A stretch of DNA of 64,000 nt from the NCBI GenBank assembly GCA_965248265.1, contig CBDFJF010000002.1:288001-352000 (forward strand), given 5' to 3'. The translations under genes were made by a program, and so were the position numbers. The notes under the pieces are model-generated. The model was not told the DNA's origin, made no database searches, and saw nothing but the letters and a program-made list of their open reading frames with translations. This document shows, piece after piece, positions 1 to 8,908 of this stretch; within the stretch, counting starts at the first letter, position 1, and each line of letters starts with the position of its first letter. This DNA comes from Candidatus Latescibacterota bacterium. Its GTDB lineage: Bacteria > Latescibacterota > UBA2968 > UBA8231.

Positions 1-824
1 CGCCCGGGGTGCAGATGGCCTACGCCAACCGGCGGTTTCTGCAGATGGTCAACGACACCGGCCGGATCGGCCGCGTCGCCTTCAAGCCGACCCAGGCCAT
101 GGAAGACGGCATCAACGCCGGCCTGCTGTCATGGCTGTTGCAGGGAACGAAGTTCAAGATCGGCAGAAAGTGGGCTGTTGATGGGTACGTCGAGCACCGT
201 GAGCGCGTCGACCGCATCATCTCGCTGTTGCCGGCGGACTTCAAGGACGGCATGGAGAACTGGAGCGGTCAGGTCGAGCAGCACATCGCCGATACCAACT
301 ACGGCGTCATGCTGTGGGACCTGATCGACAAGCAGGACGCGATCATCCTCGCCACCGATCTGGACGGCGATCGCCTGACCGACCTGCTGGCCGATGTTTC
401 CGACCCGCTGAGGGCCTTCGGCCAGCGCGTGCTGGATCACGTCGGTGCCAGCGGAGACATGGACACGCTGTGGAATGAGATGGGCTATACAACCGGCAAC
501 GGGCGCGACATGACTTCGGTGATGTACCGCATGGAAGGACCGCCAATCCACGAGCAGACCCTGGGATCCGCCGACGCCATGTTGCTCCGCCTGCTGGATG
601 GCGATGAATCGATGGGGGGCACCAAGCGACCCTACGATCCGCGCATTCACTTTGTCCTGATCCGCGACGCCTACATCGATGCCAACCCGGGCAACAAGGA
701 GCTCGAGGATTGGCTGAACAAGGCGGTAGATACCTTCGACGAGGTCTATGCCGGTGAGCGCCCGGGCTTTATCCAGGGCTACGAAAAGCTGAAGGCGGCG
801 ATCGTGCCATGGGGTAGTGCGTAA
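1..824 (+). CDS. Hypothetical protein, probably 5'-truncated by the window edge
   Basis: Open frame from the edge with GC3-rich codons; ends 11 bp before the next gene; no family recognised. Confidence 0.7.
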   Translation, partial: PGVQMAYANRRFLQMVNDTGRIGRVAFKPTQAMEDGINAGLLSWLLQGTKFKIGRKWAVDGYVEHRERVDRIISLLPADFKDGMENWSGQVEQHIADTNYGVMLWDLIDKQDAIILATDLDGDRLTDLLADVSDPLRAFGQRVLDHVGASGDMDTLWNEMGYTTGNGRDMTSVMYRMEGPPIHEQTLGSADAMLLRLLDGDESMGGTKRPYDPRIHFVLIRDAYIDANPGNKELEDWLNKAVDTFDEVYAGERPGFIQGYEKLKAAIVPWGSA

Positions 825-835
825 CGGGCGATACC

Positions 836-1738
836 ATGGCCTTTCAGGTGTACAACGTCGGCGGCGCCAGTGAAGTTTTACTGCAAGATCCGCGTGTCGA
901 AGACGACATCAGCATTGCCTATCTGACCGATCTTCATCTATCCCCTGGCGCTGCCGCCGCTGGCCCCCGCTACAGCGATGCGGTGGACTGGTGGGACCAG
1001 GCCTTTGGCCGTCCCGTCGGCATGCTGCAGCGGCTGCTGGACGAAATCGCCGATACCGGTGTTGACCTGGTCGTCTTCGGGGGAGACAACCTCGATTTCT
1101 TCGATCCGGATGTCGCGGCCGAAGTGCGGCAGATGTGCACGCAGAGGCAACTGCGCCCGTGCTTCGTGTTCGGCAACCACGACTTCGAGGCAACGGAAAC
1201 CCGTTTCGTAACCCACGACGTTGATGCTCCTGAGCGTGACGAGAACATGGCCGCGCTGGCTCACATCTGGCGGATGGAGCCCCCTGTAGAGGCCATCGAT
1301 CTGGGTGGCATCCAGGTCCTGTTGTTGAACATGCGGTATCGCCATGATACCGAGCTTGGCGCCGTCGTCGAAGCAGATGCGGTCGCACGGCTTCGCGAAC
1401 TGTTGGCCTTGTCCCGGCCGACGATCATCTTCCATCACTATCCGTTCGTGCTGCCGACGCTGAGGCATCGCCTGAGCGCCGTGTGGCGCGGCGTTCTGGC
1501 CGGCGCCAGGATCGAGGACAACGAAACGGCGTTCGAGCTGATTGGCAACAGCTCGGACGTGCTGGCCACGTTCTCCGGGCATGCTCATATCAACAGCGAA
1601 GATCCATTTTCAACCGAGGATGGTCCGTGGCAGTTCGCCACCGGGGCCGGACTGGACGGCATCTGGCGCTACATCCGGGTCAGCGGGGGTCAAGCGCCCA
1701 AGTCGCTGCGGGTGGCGGGTACTCCAAGCGTGGCGTAA
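836..1738 (+). CDS. Calcineurin-like metallophosphoesterase
   Basis: Motifs DLH, GDNLD, GNHD, HH and GHAH. Confidence 0.88.
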   Translation: MAFQVYNVGGASEVLLQDPRVEDDISIAYLTDLHLSPGAAAAGPRYSDAVDWWDQAFGRPVGMLQRLLDEIADTGVDLVVFGGDNLDFFDPDVAAEVRQMCTQRQLRPCFVFGNHDFEATETRFVTHDVDAPERDENMAALAHIWRMEPPVEAIDLGGIQVLLLNMRYRHDTELGAVVEADAVARLRELLALSRPTIIFHHYPFVLPTLRHRLSAVWRGVLAGARIEDNETAFELIGNSSDVLATFSGHAHINSEDPFSTEDGPWQFATGAGLDGIWRYIRVSGGQAPKSLRVAGTPSVA

Positions 1739-1809
1739 GATCGACCGCCCCACTCAAATCAGGATTTGAATCGCGAGCTGAGAGGCCAGATCCGAGCGAT
1801 CACGATACC

Positions 1810-3819
1810 ATGACCAACGCCAGGTCCAACAGCGAGCTCCTGGAAGAGCTCGAAGTCGCGCGCGCCGAGTTGGCCATTCAGAGCGCGCTCGAGCGCGTGC
1901 GTTCACGGGCCCAGGGCATGCGCCACAGCGATGAGCTGGCGGAGGTCGCCTCCCTCGTGTTCCGCGAATTCAAGGGACTCGGCATCGAGCTGTGGCGGTC
2001 GGGGTTCTGGATCCTCGACACCGGGACCGACAGCGGTGAAGTGTGGCTCACCAGCACTTCCGGTGAGATGCAGGCGGGCGACCGGTTCCGCCTGACGGAG
2101 ATGGACGAGCACCCGGCGGTCCACGAGGTCGCCGAGGCCTTTCGACGGGGCGATCCCTTCTATCACGTGCATTTTCACGGCGACGCCATGTGGAGCTTCC
2201 TGCGCTTCGCCATCGACCGCATGAACCTGCGCATGCCCGACTGGGACCTGCTACCAAAGGAAGAACTCCCCAGCAACTTTTACTTCCACACGGCCTTCTT
2301 CGAGCACGGACTCATGCACCTGCCCGCGATCAAAGAGATGACGCCACCGCAGCAACGCACGGCGTGTCGCTTTGCCGATGTCTTCGGCTTCGCCTACGAG
2401 CGCTTCCGTGAGCTCAGCGCTGCCGAGACCCAGACCCGCGAGGCGGAACGCCGTTCGGCCGTCGACAACATCCGCGCCGAGATCGCCGCCATGCACACCA
2501 GCGACGACCTTTCCCGCGTCACGCCGCTGCTGTGGCGGACGCTGGATCGCCTCGGGGTACCCTTCTACCGCTGCGGCGTGTTCGTCGTTGACGACGAGGT
2601 GAAGCGATTGGCCATGTACATGAGCGATGCCCAGGGTGAGCCGATAGCCTCGGTGGATGTGCCCTGTGACGTGCACCCCGTGATCGCTGCTACCGTCGAC
2701 CACTGGCGGCGGGGTGAAGCCTACGTCGAGACCCTGAGCCGTGAGAATTATATCGGACTGGTTGAGGCGGCACAGTCTGGCATCCAGGATCTGCAGGGTG
2801 AGCGCTACATCGATCCGGGCACGATTCCCGAGCAGGTAGTCGTTCACAGCCTGCCCTTCACCCAGGGCACGCTGTACGTAGGAAACGCCGACCGCCTGTC
2901 CGCCGAAGATCTCGCTTTCGTCAGCGATCTGGCCTCCGCTTTTTCAGTGGCCTACGCACGCTACCTCGATTTCCAGGCCCTGGAAGCGCAGAACCGCCAA
3001 CTGGAGGAAGCGCTGGCGCAGCTGGGGGCAGCGCAGCAGCAGCTGGTTCTGCAGGAGAAAATGGCCTCTCTCGGCAATCTGGTGGCCGGCGTTGCCCACG
3101 AGATCAACACTCCTCTGGGCACGATCCACAGCGGCCAGGACACCCTGCTGCGCGCCGTCGAGCGGTTGCAGGAGCGCCTCGACGCGGCCGCCCCGGGAGC
3201 AACTGCCGACGACAGAGTAGCGGCAGTGTTACGCGTGCTCGGTGACGCCAACAGCGCAATGGCCTCGGGCGTCGAGCGGGTCTCGGAGATCGTGAATGGC
3301 CTGCGCAAGTTCGTTCGGCTGGACGAGGCCGAGCAGCAGATGGCCGATCTGCGGGAGGGAATGGATAGCTGCTTGTCGTTGCTGCAGGGGCAAATGCAGG
3401 ATGGCATCACCGTAGTGCGTGACTACGCTGAGATGGAGCCACTCTACTGTGCCCCGGGGCGACTCAACCAGGCCTTTACCGTGTTGCTGACCAACGCCAT
3501 CCAGATTCTGCCGGAGGGGGGTGACATCGCCGTCCGGCTGTTCGACGAGGGCCACGAGATCTGTGTGCAGGTGACCGACAACGGACCGGGGATTCCCCCA
3601 GGGCAACTCGAGCACATCTTCGACGTCGGCTTCCGCGCTGACGACGACCGGGTAAAGATGAGCTATGGTCTGCCCACGGCCTACGCCATCGTCCACGAGC
3701 ACGATGGCCACATCGACATCGACAGCACGGTCGGACAGGGAACCACCGTCACTATTCGCTTACCGCGAAGGTCCGAAGCACCGGACTCCGGGGTGGCCGG
3801 GTCTTCTCTCAATGCGTGA
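1810..3819 (+). CDS. Cytoplasmic sensor histidine kinase with two GAF-like domains
   Basis: H-box AHEINTPLG, N-box LLTNAIQ, G1 DNGPGI; two repeated N-terminal sensory segments; start moved to ATG 1810. Confidence 0.88.
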   Translation: MTNARSNSELLEELEVARAELAIQSALERVRSRAQGMRHSDELAEVASLVFREFKGLGIELWRSGFWILDTGTDSGEVWLTSTSGEMQAGDRFRLTEMDEHPAVHEVAEAFRRGDPFYHVHFHGDAMWSFLRFAIDRMNLRMPDWDLLPKEELPSNFYFHTAFFEHGLMHLPAIKEMTPPQQRTACRFADVFGFAYERFRELSAAETQTREAERRSAVDNIRAEIAAMHTSDDLSRVTPLLWRTLDRLGVPFYRCGVFVVDDEVKRLAMYMSDAQGEPIASVDVPCDVHPVIAATVDHWRRGEAYVETLSRENYIGLVEAAQSGIQDLQGERYIDPGTIPEQVVVHSLPFTQGTLYVGNADRLSAEDLAFVSDLASAFSVAYARYLDFQALEAQNRQLEEALAQLGAAQQQLVLQEKMASLGNLVAGVAHEINTPLGTIHSGQDTLLRAVERLQERLDAAAPGATADDRVAAVLRVLGDANSAMASGVERVSEIVNGLRKFVRLDEAEQQMADLREGMDSCLSLLQGQMQDGITVVRDYAEMEPLYCAPGRLNQAFTVLLTNAIQILPEGGDIAVRLFDEGHEICVQVTDNGPGIPPGQLEHIFDVGFRADDDRVKMSYGLPTAYAIVHEHDGHIDIDSTVGQGTTVTIRLPRRSEAPDSGVAGSSLNA

Positions 3820-3869
3820 GGGCCTACTGGTCAGGCGGGCAGCGGCGCAAGCAGGCATCACGAATTTCC

Positions 3870-4110
3870 CTACTCGAACCAGAAGCTGAACAGCTCCGCG
3901 TTCTCCAACCAGAACTGGAGGCGCATGGCGTTGGCGGGGAAGGAGGCCAGCGTCTCATGTCCCTCCCAGGTGACAACGGCGGCGAGGCTGTCGCCGGAGA
4001 ATGGTCGGTTGTCATCGAAGCGGAAGCCCTCGGGCCATTCGCCGTCGCGCACCCCAAGGGCCTCGCGGGCGGCTACGCGAATGAAACCGTCAGCCCCGGT
4101 CCGGGCGTTC
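3870..4110 (-). pseudogene. C-terminal fragment of a glycoside-hydrolase/beta-propeller-type protein
   Basis: VNART..G.IRV...GF.FDD..P.SGDSL...VTW.G...L...MRLQF.L.NAELFSFWF resembles the C-terminal domain of such proteins; the N-terminus is missing. Confidence 0.55.
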
Positions 4111-4254
4111 ACCGGCCGAGGCCCATCCGGGAGGCCAGATTTCGAGGTGCGCATCCAGGACGCGATCGGGAACGAACGAGGAGAGCTCGCGATCGAAGAA
4201 CTCGAGCGCCTGCTGGTGCCGCAGGCGACTGTCGCTGTCGTGCTCATGTGTCAT
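4090..4254 (-). pseudogene. N-terminal fragment of an amidohydrolase-family protein
   Basis: Manual translation MTHEHDSDSRLRHQQALEFFDRELSSFVPDRVLDAHLEIW..., 54 aa then TGA; absent from the ORF track. Confidence 0.55.
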
Positions 4255-4447
4255 CGGCGGCAGCCACAGGATTATGAGTGCGTTGCGAGGTAATGGGCAG
4301 GGGCCAAGCGCCTATTGTCGCAAACTCCGGGAGCCCCGGCCAATCAAGCTCGGTCTCGTATGTTGATGGGACGCCCTGTTTCCGTTATACAGATGGTCAT
4401 CGATTGAAGCGGCAGACCGGATTCGGAGAGCGGGGGATGACAACGCC

Positions 4448-5266
4448 ATGCAGCTGAAGTCCGTGTACATGATCACCGACATGGAAGGGGTGGCCGGCGT
4501 GGATGACTGGGACCCCCGCCACCGCGAGGACGCGGCACAAGCTCGGGGGGCCTACGACCGCGCCGAGATCCAACGACTGCTCACCGGCGAGGTGAACGCG
4601 GCTGCCGAGGGGTTATTTGCCGCCGGTGTCGAAGAGATCACGATTAACGACGGTCATGGCGCCGGTCGCACCATCCTGGTGGAAGAGCTGGTATCGGGCG
4701 TCCAGATCGCCCGCGGCACGATGCGGCCTGAGGTGCTGATCGGTTTCCACGACAACCACCAGGCGCTGGTGCAGGTGGGCATGCATGCAATGGCAGGAAC
4801 TGAAGGCGCATGCTTGGCGCACACGATGTCGAAAGACGGCACCATCCATCGGCTCAACGGCCGAGAGATCGGCGAGATGCAGTATGCCGCTTTTCTCTGC
4901 GGACAGGTCGGGGTGCCCTGGATCTACACCTGCGGTGATGGGTACGCCGGTCGCGAATCCGAGGCCTGGGTGCCCGGCATCGTGACCGCGGCGGTCAAGG
5001 AGGGTCTGTCAGAGCAGAGCGCCGTGCACATGGCCCCGGTCGATGCGCGCGCGCTGATCCGGGAGAGCATTCAGGAGGCGGTGGCCAAATTCGGCGACAT
5101 CGCCCCGCTGGTGGCGGAGTCGCCGGTCGTCCTCGAAATCCAGCGTCCCACGCCACAGCCGGAAACCCAGCCCGGTGCCGAGCGGGTGGACGATTTTACT
5201 ATGAGATGGACAGGGTCTGACTTCAGGCAAGTGGTGATGCAGATATACGGCCCCGGGAGGGGATAG
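4448..5266 (+). CDS. dppA: M55 family D-aminopeptidase (DppA-like)
   Basis: Metal-ligand motifs DMEG, NDGH, MHAMAG and LAHT. Confidence 0.88.
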   Translation: MQLKSVYMITDMEGVAGVDDWDPRHREDAAQARGAYDRAEIQRLLTGEVNAAAEGLFAAGVEEITINDGHGAGRTILVEELVSGVQIARGTMRPEVLIGFHDNHQALVQVGMHAMAGTEGACLAHTMSKDGTIHRLNGREIGEMQYAAFLCGQVGVPWIYTCGDGYAGRESEAWVPGIVTAAVKEGLSEQSAVHMAPVDARALIRESIQEAVAKFGDIAPLVAESPVVLEIQRPTPQPETQPGAERVDDFTMRWTGSDFRQVVMQIYGPGRG

Positions 5267-5321
5267 ACACAGAGCCACGCGTGACCTGACAGGCAACTCA
5301 CACAGGGAGCAGGGTAGATAG

Positions 5322-7199
5322 ATGATTTCGATAACGGCGAACAAGGCATCCGAATCTCCGAAATGGGCCATCCTTCAGCGGCGTCTGTTCGGAGTCATGG
5401 AAGAGGCCGCCCGGCTGACGGTCGACAAATTCACCGACGACGACGGCATTCCCTACTTCGCCGACGATGTCGACGACCTGTATGAGCGCTTCTACAGCTG
5501 GCCGCTGCTCTACTCGATGGGCGCCAGCGACGACATGTTGCGGATAGCGGTTCACGAGTATGAAATCATCACCGAGTCCAACGGTGATCACACTCGCAAC
5601 CCGCACTTTCCGCGGTTGTTCCCGCAGCTTCACAATGAGTATTACACCCTGACTGTGCCCGAGGGGGAAGCTGCAAATTGGATACCGGGTCAGCGCATCA
5701 TCACCGACTGGCACCACATGGGCGAGGGCAATCAGCTGTTCTACAACATCGGCATGGCTGCTCCGGCCACGCCGCAGCACGCAACGCGTTCAGAACGCTT
5801 CGCCGCCATGATGATCGGAGAGGACCCGGAGGCGGACAATTACGATGCGGATCTCAATCAGTTTCGCTCGGTGTACACCGATGCCCGTGGGCCGATCTAC
5901 GAGGTCAACGTCGAACAGGCCAAGGGGTTCCTGCACGGGGGTAGCCCGACGGTGCCGGGGTGGGAGCCGCAGCCGGCGGGGGTGCGGGCATCCATCTACC
6001 CGGTGGAGAAGCAGCTGGAAGAGAATTGGTACGCCAATCCCCAACGGGCGGCTCAAGTTGCCGACACCTTCGGCAAGCTCATCATGCGGGGAGACATCCC
6101 GCACAACATGGGCGCCACAGGCCTGGTCACCAACGCCTACCTGCACACGGGCGACGACCGCTACAAGGAATGGGTGCTGCGCTACGTCGAGGGCTGGCTG
6201 GAGCGCATGAAGAAGAACAACGGCATCATGCCCGACAACATCGGGCCCACCGGCAAGGTCGGCGAGCACCGAGACGGCCAGTGGTGGGGCGGCTGGTACG
6301 GTTGGAATTGCTACAAGGGCATCAACATCGGTCTCACCTCGATGACTATCGGCGCCCAGTGCGCGCAGCTGCTGACGGGCGACGACGAGTACCTGGATGT
6401 GATCCGATCACAGATGAAGCTGCTGTTCGAGCATTCGCAGACACGGGACGACGGCCAGCTCGTGTTCTCGTGGCGTTATGGTCCGGATGGGTGGTTCGAC
6501 TACAGGCCCATGCCGATCAAATGGCTGCCCCCTCTGTACCACGCCTCAATGAGCGACGGTGACCGGCAGATGATGGAGCAGGTGCGCGACGGCGACGTCG
6601 AGGGTAACTGGGGAGGGGTGTCGCAGATCTCCGCGAAGGGCGGTGGTGACTCCGGGTTTTTCCAGTATCACACCGGCAAGTTCACGGATTGGCCGGAGAA
6701 GCTGATGGAGTTCGAACTCCAGTCGGCCGACGAAGCGCTGGAGCGGGTCAAGGCCGAGTCTCGAACACCTGAGCAAATGATTGCCGACAACAGCGGCATC
6801 CCCAATCCGGTCAAGACCGAAAGCCTGACGGAGATGATGTTCGGAGCTCCGGGTACGGTCTATAACGGCGGATTGCTGCGGGCGACCGTTCGCTACTTCG
6901 ACCCGAAGGCCGGCCGAGCAGGCTTACCACCGGATGTTTCCGCCCTGGTCGACAAACTGGGAGCCGATATTGTCGGCTTCCAGCTCGTGAACCTGAATCG
7001 CGACGAAGAGCGCAGGGTCATCGTGCAGGCGGGAGCCTTTGGCGAGCATCAGTTCACGAGCGCGACCTCCGACGGCTCCACGGCGGATATCGATTCGAAG
7101 CACTTCGAAATTACGCTGCCTGCAGGCACCTCGATTGCGGTCGAATGCGGTCTCAACCGATTTGCCAATCAACCCAGCTACGAGACGCCGGCGATGTAA
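5322..7199 (+). CDS. Conserved hypothetical ~625-aa protein, paralog of 8909-10876
   Basis: Shares DDxYE, WHHMGEGN, TNAYLxTGD, PDNxGPTG, RATVRY and QAGAFGEHQF with its paralog. Confidence 0.85.
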   Translation: MISITANKASESPKWAILQRRLFGVMEEAARLTVDKFTDDDGIPYFADDVDDLYERFYSWPLLYSMGASDDMLRIAVHEYEIITESNGDHTRNPHFPRLFPQLHNEYYTLTVPEGEAANWIPGQRIITDWHHMGEGNQLFYNIGMAAPATPQHATRSERFAAMMIGEDPEADNYDADLNQFRSVYTDARGPIYEVNVEQAKGFLHGGSPTVPGWEPQPAGVRASIYPVEKQLEENWYANPQRAAQVADTFGKLIMRGDIPHNMGATGLVTNAYLHTGDDRYKEWVLRYVEGWLERMKKNNGIMPDNIGPTGKVGEHRDGQWWGGWYGWNCYKGINIGLTSMTIGAQCAQLLTGDDEYLDVIRSQMKLLFEHSQTRDDGQLVFSWRYGPDGWFDYRPMPIKWLPPLYHASMSDGDRQMMEQVRDGDVEGNWGGVSQISAKGGGDSGFFQYHTGKFTDWPEKLMEFELQSADEALERVKAESRTPEQMIADNSGIPNPVKTESLTEMMFGAPGTVYNGGLLRATVRYFDPKAGRAGLPPDVSALVDKLGADIVGFQLVNLNRDEERRVIVQAGAFGEHQFTSATSDGSTADIDSKHFEITLPAGTSIAVECGLNRFANQPSYETPAM

Positions 7200-7209
7200 T
7201 CGATTCGAA

Positions 7210-8850
7210 ATGGATATTCCCCCACGCCTGATATATTACCAGGATGCCCACCACTTTCACGCCAAGCGCCTGGATCCCCCGGTAAGCCTCCACCAATTGC
7301 GGTGGCCGGTAGACGAGTTGGTGGGTACCGGCGTTGACGTGCTGGCCTTCGCTCTCGGTTACGGTGACGTCTACTTCCACGACAGCAAGGTAGGCCGGGT
7401 AGTCGGCGACCGGCAGGAGGTGTGGGACAGCTTCATCGACTGGCGCATCATGCGAATGGTCAGGGATGCCCGGGCTATGGGCACCGACCAGTTGCGGGTC
7501 GTCATCGAGCGCGGCAAGCAGCAAGGCCTCGCGGTTTTTCCCAGTCTCAAACTACAGAGCTGCGATCCGGTTGGATCAGACCGCTGTGGTGCGCTCAAGT
7601 GGGAACGCTGGAAAGAGGTGTGCACGCTCGAGAAGGACGAGGCGCACCCGCGCTACGAGTTCTGTTACGACTATTTGAGCCCGTTGGTGCGTGAGGACAA
7701 GCTCAACATCCTGCGTGAGGTCATCGAGGATTACCGGGTTGACGGCGTCGAGCTCGACTTCATGTTCGTACCCCGGTTCTTCAAAAGCGGGGAGGAAGAA
7801 GCCGGCACCCCGGTGATGACGCAGTTCGTGGCCGGCGTGCGCGAGATGGCCGACGAGATCGGGGCGGCGCAAAACAGGCACGTTTCAGTCTGTGCCAGGG
7901 TGTTCGACCAGCGGGACGCGAACCTCAAACTCGGTCTGGACGTGGAGTCGTGGTTGACCAATGGCAGCCTCGACATGGTAGTCGGGCAAATGTCAGAACA
8001 GCTGTTCGACACAGCCGGTTTTGATGTCAGCTGGTTGGTAGAGGCGGCACAATCGCACGGCTCGGGGGTCTACGTGCGGCCTCCTCGCCGGGTGTACGAC
8101 GAACGCACGGCCAAACCCTCCATCGAGATGTACCGCGCCCTCGGTCAGACGCTGCAGCGGCAAGGCTGCGACGGCATGTACTTAGGCTACCTGCAGTGGC
8201 CCTTTGCTGATACCGAATACGAGATCCTCAGGGAGGCGGCCTGTCCCGAGGCAGTGTCGAGACGGGTCAAGCGCTACCTGCTTCAACCTCGCGAATCAGG
8301 GCTGGTTTTCGAGGAACTGCTCGACTACCAGGGCGGTTACCCACGCAAGCCTCGCGAGCCGAACGATGAGATTACCGACCCACCGAAGAGAGATCTGCCG
8401 ATTGAGCTCAAGGAGGGGGAGACCGCGTCCACCTCGATCTTTGTTTCCGACGAGTTGGAGAAGGCCAAGGCCGACGGCGAGATGCGAGCGCCGATTCTGA
8501 CGATTCGGTTCGCGTTCTTCTGTGTCGAGGATGAGATCGTCATCCGGTTCAACAACCGCGTGCTCCCCATCGAACAGGCGGAGATCACCGATGAGCGCGC
8601 CCTGGTGATGGCGATGCAACCACGGGGCAGTCCGCTCGAGGCGCCGCTCGGGATGTCCGCCCACTGGTTCCGCTACCGGCTGGACGTCGACCTGCTGCGA
8701 GAGGGAGAGAACGTGGTGAGTGTTGAGGTGGTACGCATGGAAAGGACAGCGGGTTTTACCCGGTCGATCAATGGTATTGAAATCCAAACACGATACAAAG
8801 ACTTCGACCGGCCCGAGGGGTTGGAGCCACCAAGAATCGCTGCGCTGTAA
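7210..8850 (+). CDS. Putative glycoside hydrolase-like TIM barrel (GHL10/DUF187-like) with C-terminal beta-sandwich
   Basis: IYYQD start; YDY...VRE..L..LREVIEDY.VDGVELDF motif; GLDVESW; start ATG 7210. Confidence 0.7.
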   Translation: MDIPPRLIYYQDAHHFHAKRLDPPVSLHQLRWPVDELVGTGVDVLAFALGYGDVYFHDSKVGRVVGDRQEVWDSFIDWRIMRMVRDARAMGTDQLRVVIERGKQQGLAVFPSLKLQSCDPVGSDRCGALKWERWKEVCTLEKDEAHPRYEFCYDYLSPLVREDKLNILREVIEDYRVDGVELDFMFVPRFFKSGEEEAGTPVMTQFVAGVREMADEIGAAQNRHVSVCARVFDQRDANLKLGLDVESWLTNGSLDMVVGQMSEQLFDTAGFDVSWLVEAAQSHGSGVYVRPPRRVYDERTAKPSIEMYRALGQTLQRQGCDGMYLGYLQWPFADTEYEILREAACPEAVSRRVKRYLLQPRESGLVFEELLDYQGGYPRKPREPNDEITDPPKRDLPIELKEGETASTSIFVSDELEKAKADGEMRAPILTIRFAFFCVEDEIVIRFNNRVLPIEQAEITDERALVMAMQPRGSPLEAPLGMSAHWFRYRLDVDLLREGENVVSVEVVRMERTAGFTRSINGIEIQTRYKDFDRPEGLEPPRIAAL

Positions 8851-8908
8851 TAGGGCTGACAGTAAGAGGAATGAGTGACAATGCAGGATAGCCAAGAGAG
8901 GTAATGCC

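Noticed and set aside
1483-1809. N-terminal extensions in the ORF track (also at 7039, 24174, 26179, 28343, 34727, 40192, 61530)
   Set aside because: They overlap neighbouring genes or promoters; downstream starts fit RBS and domain boundaries better
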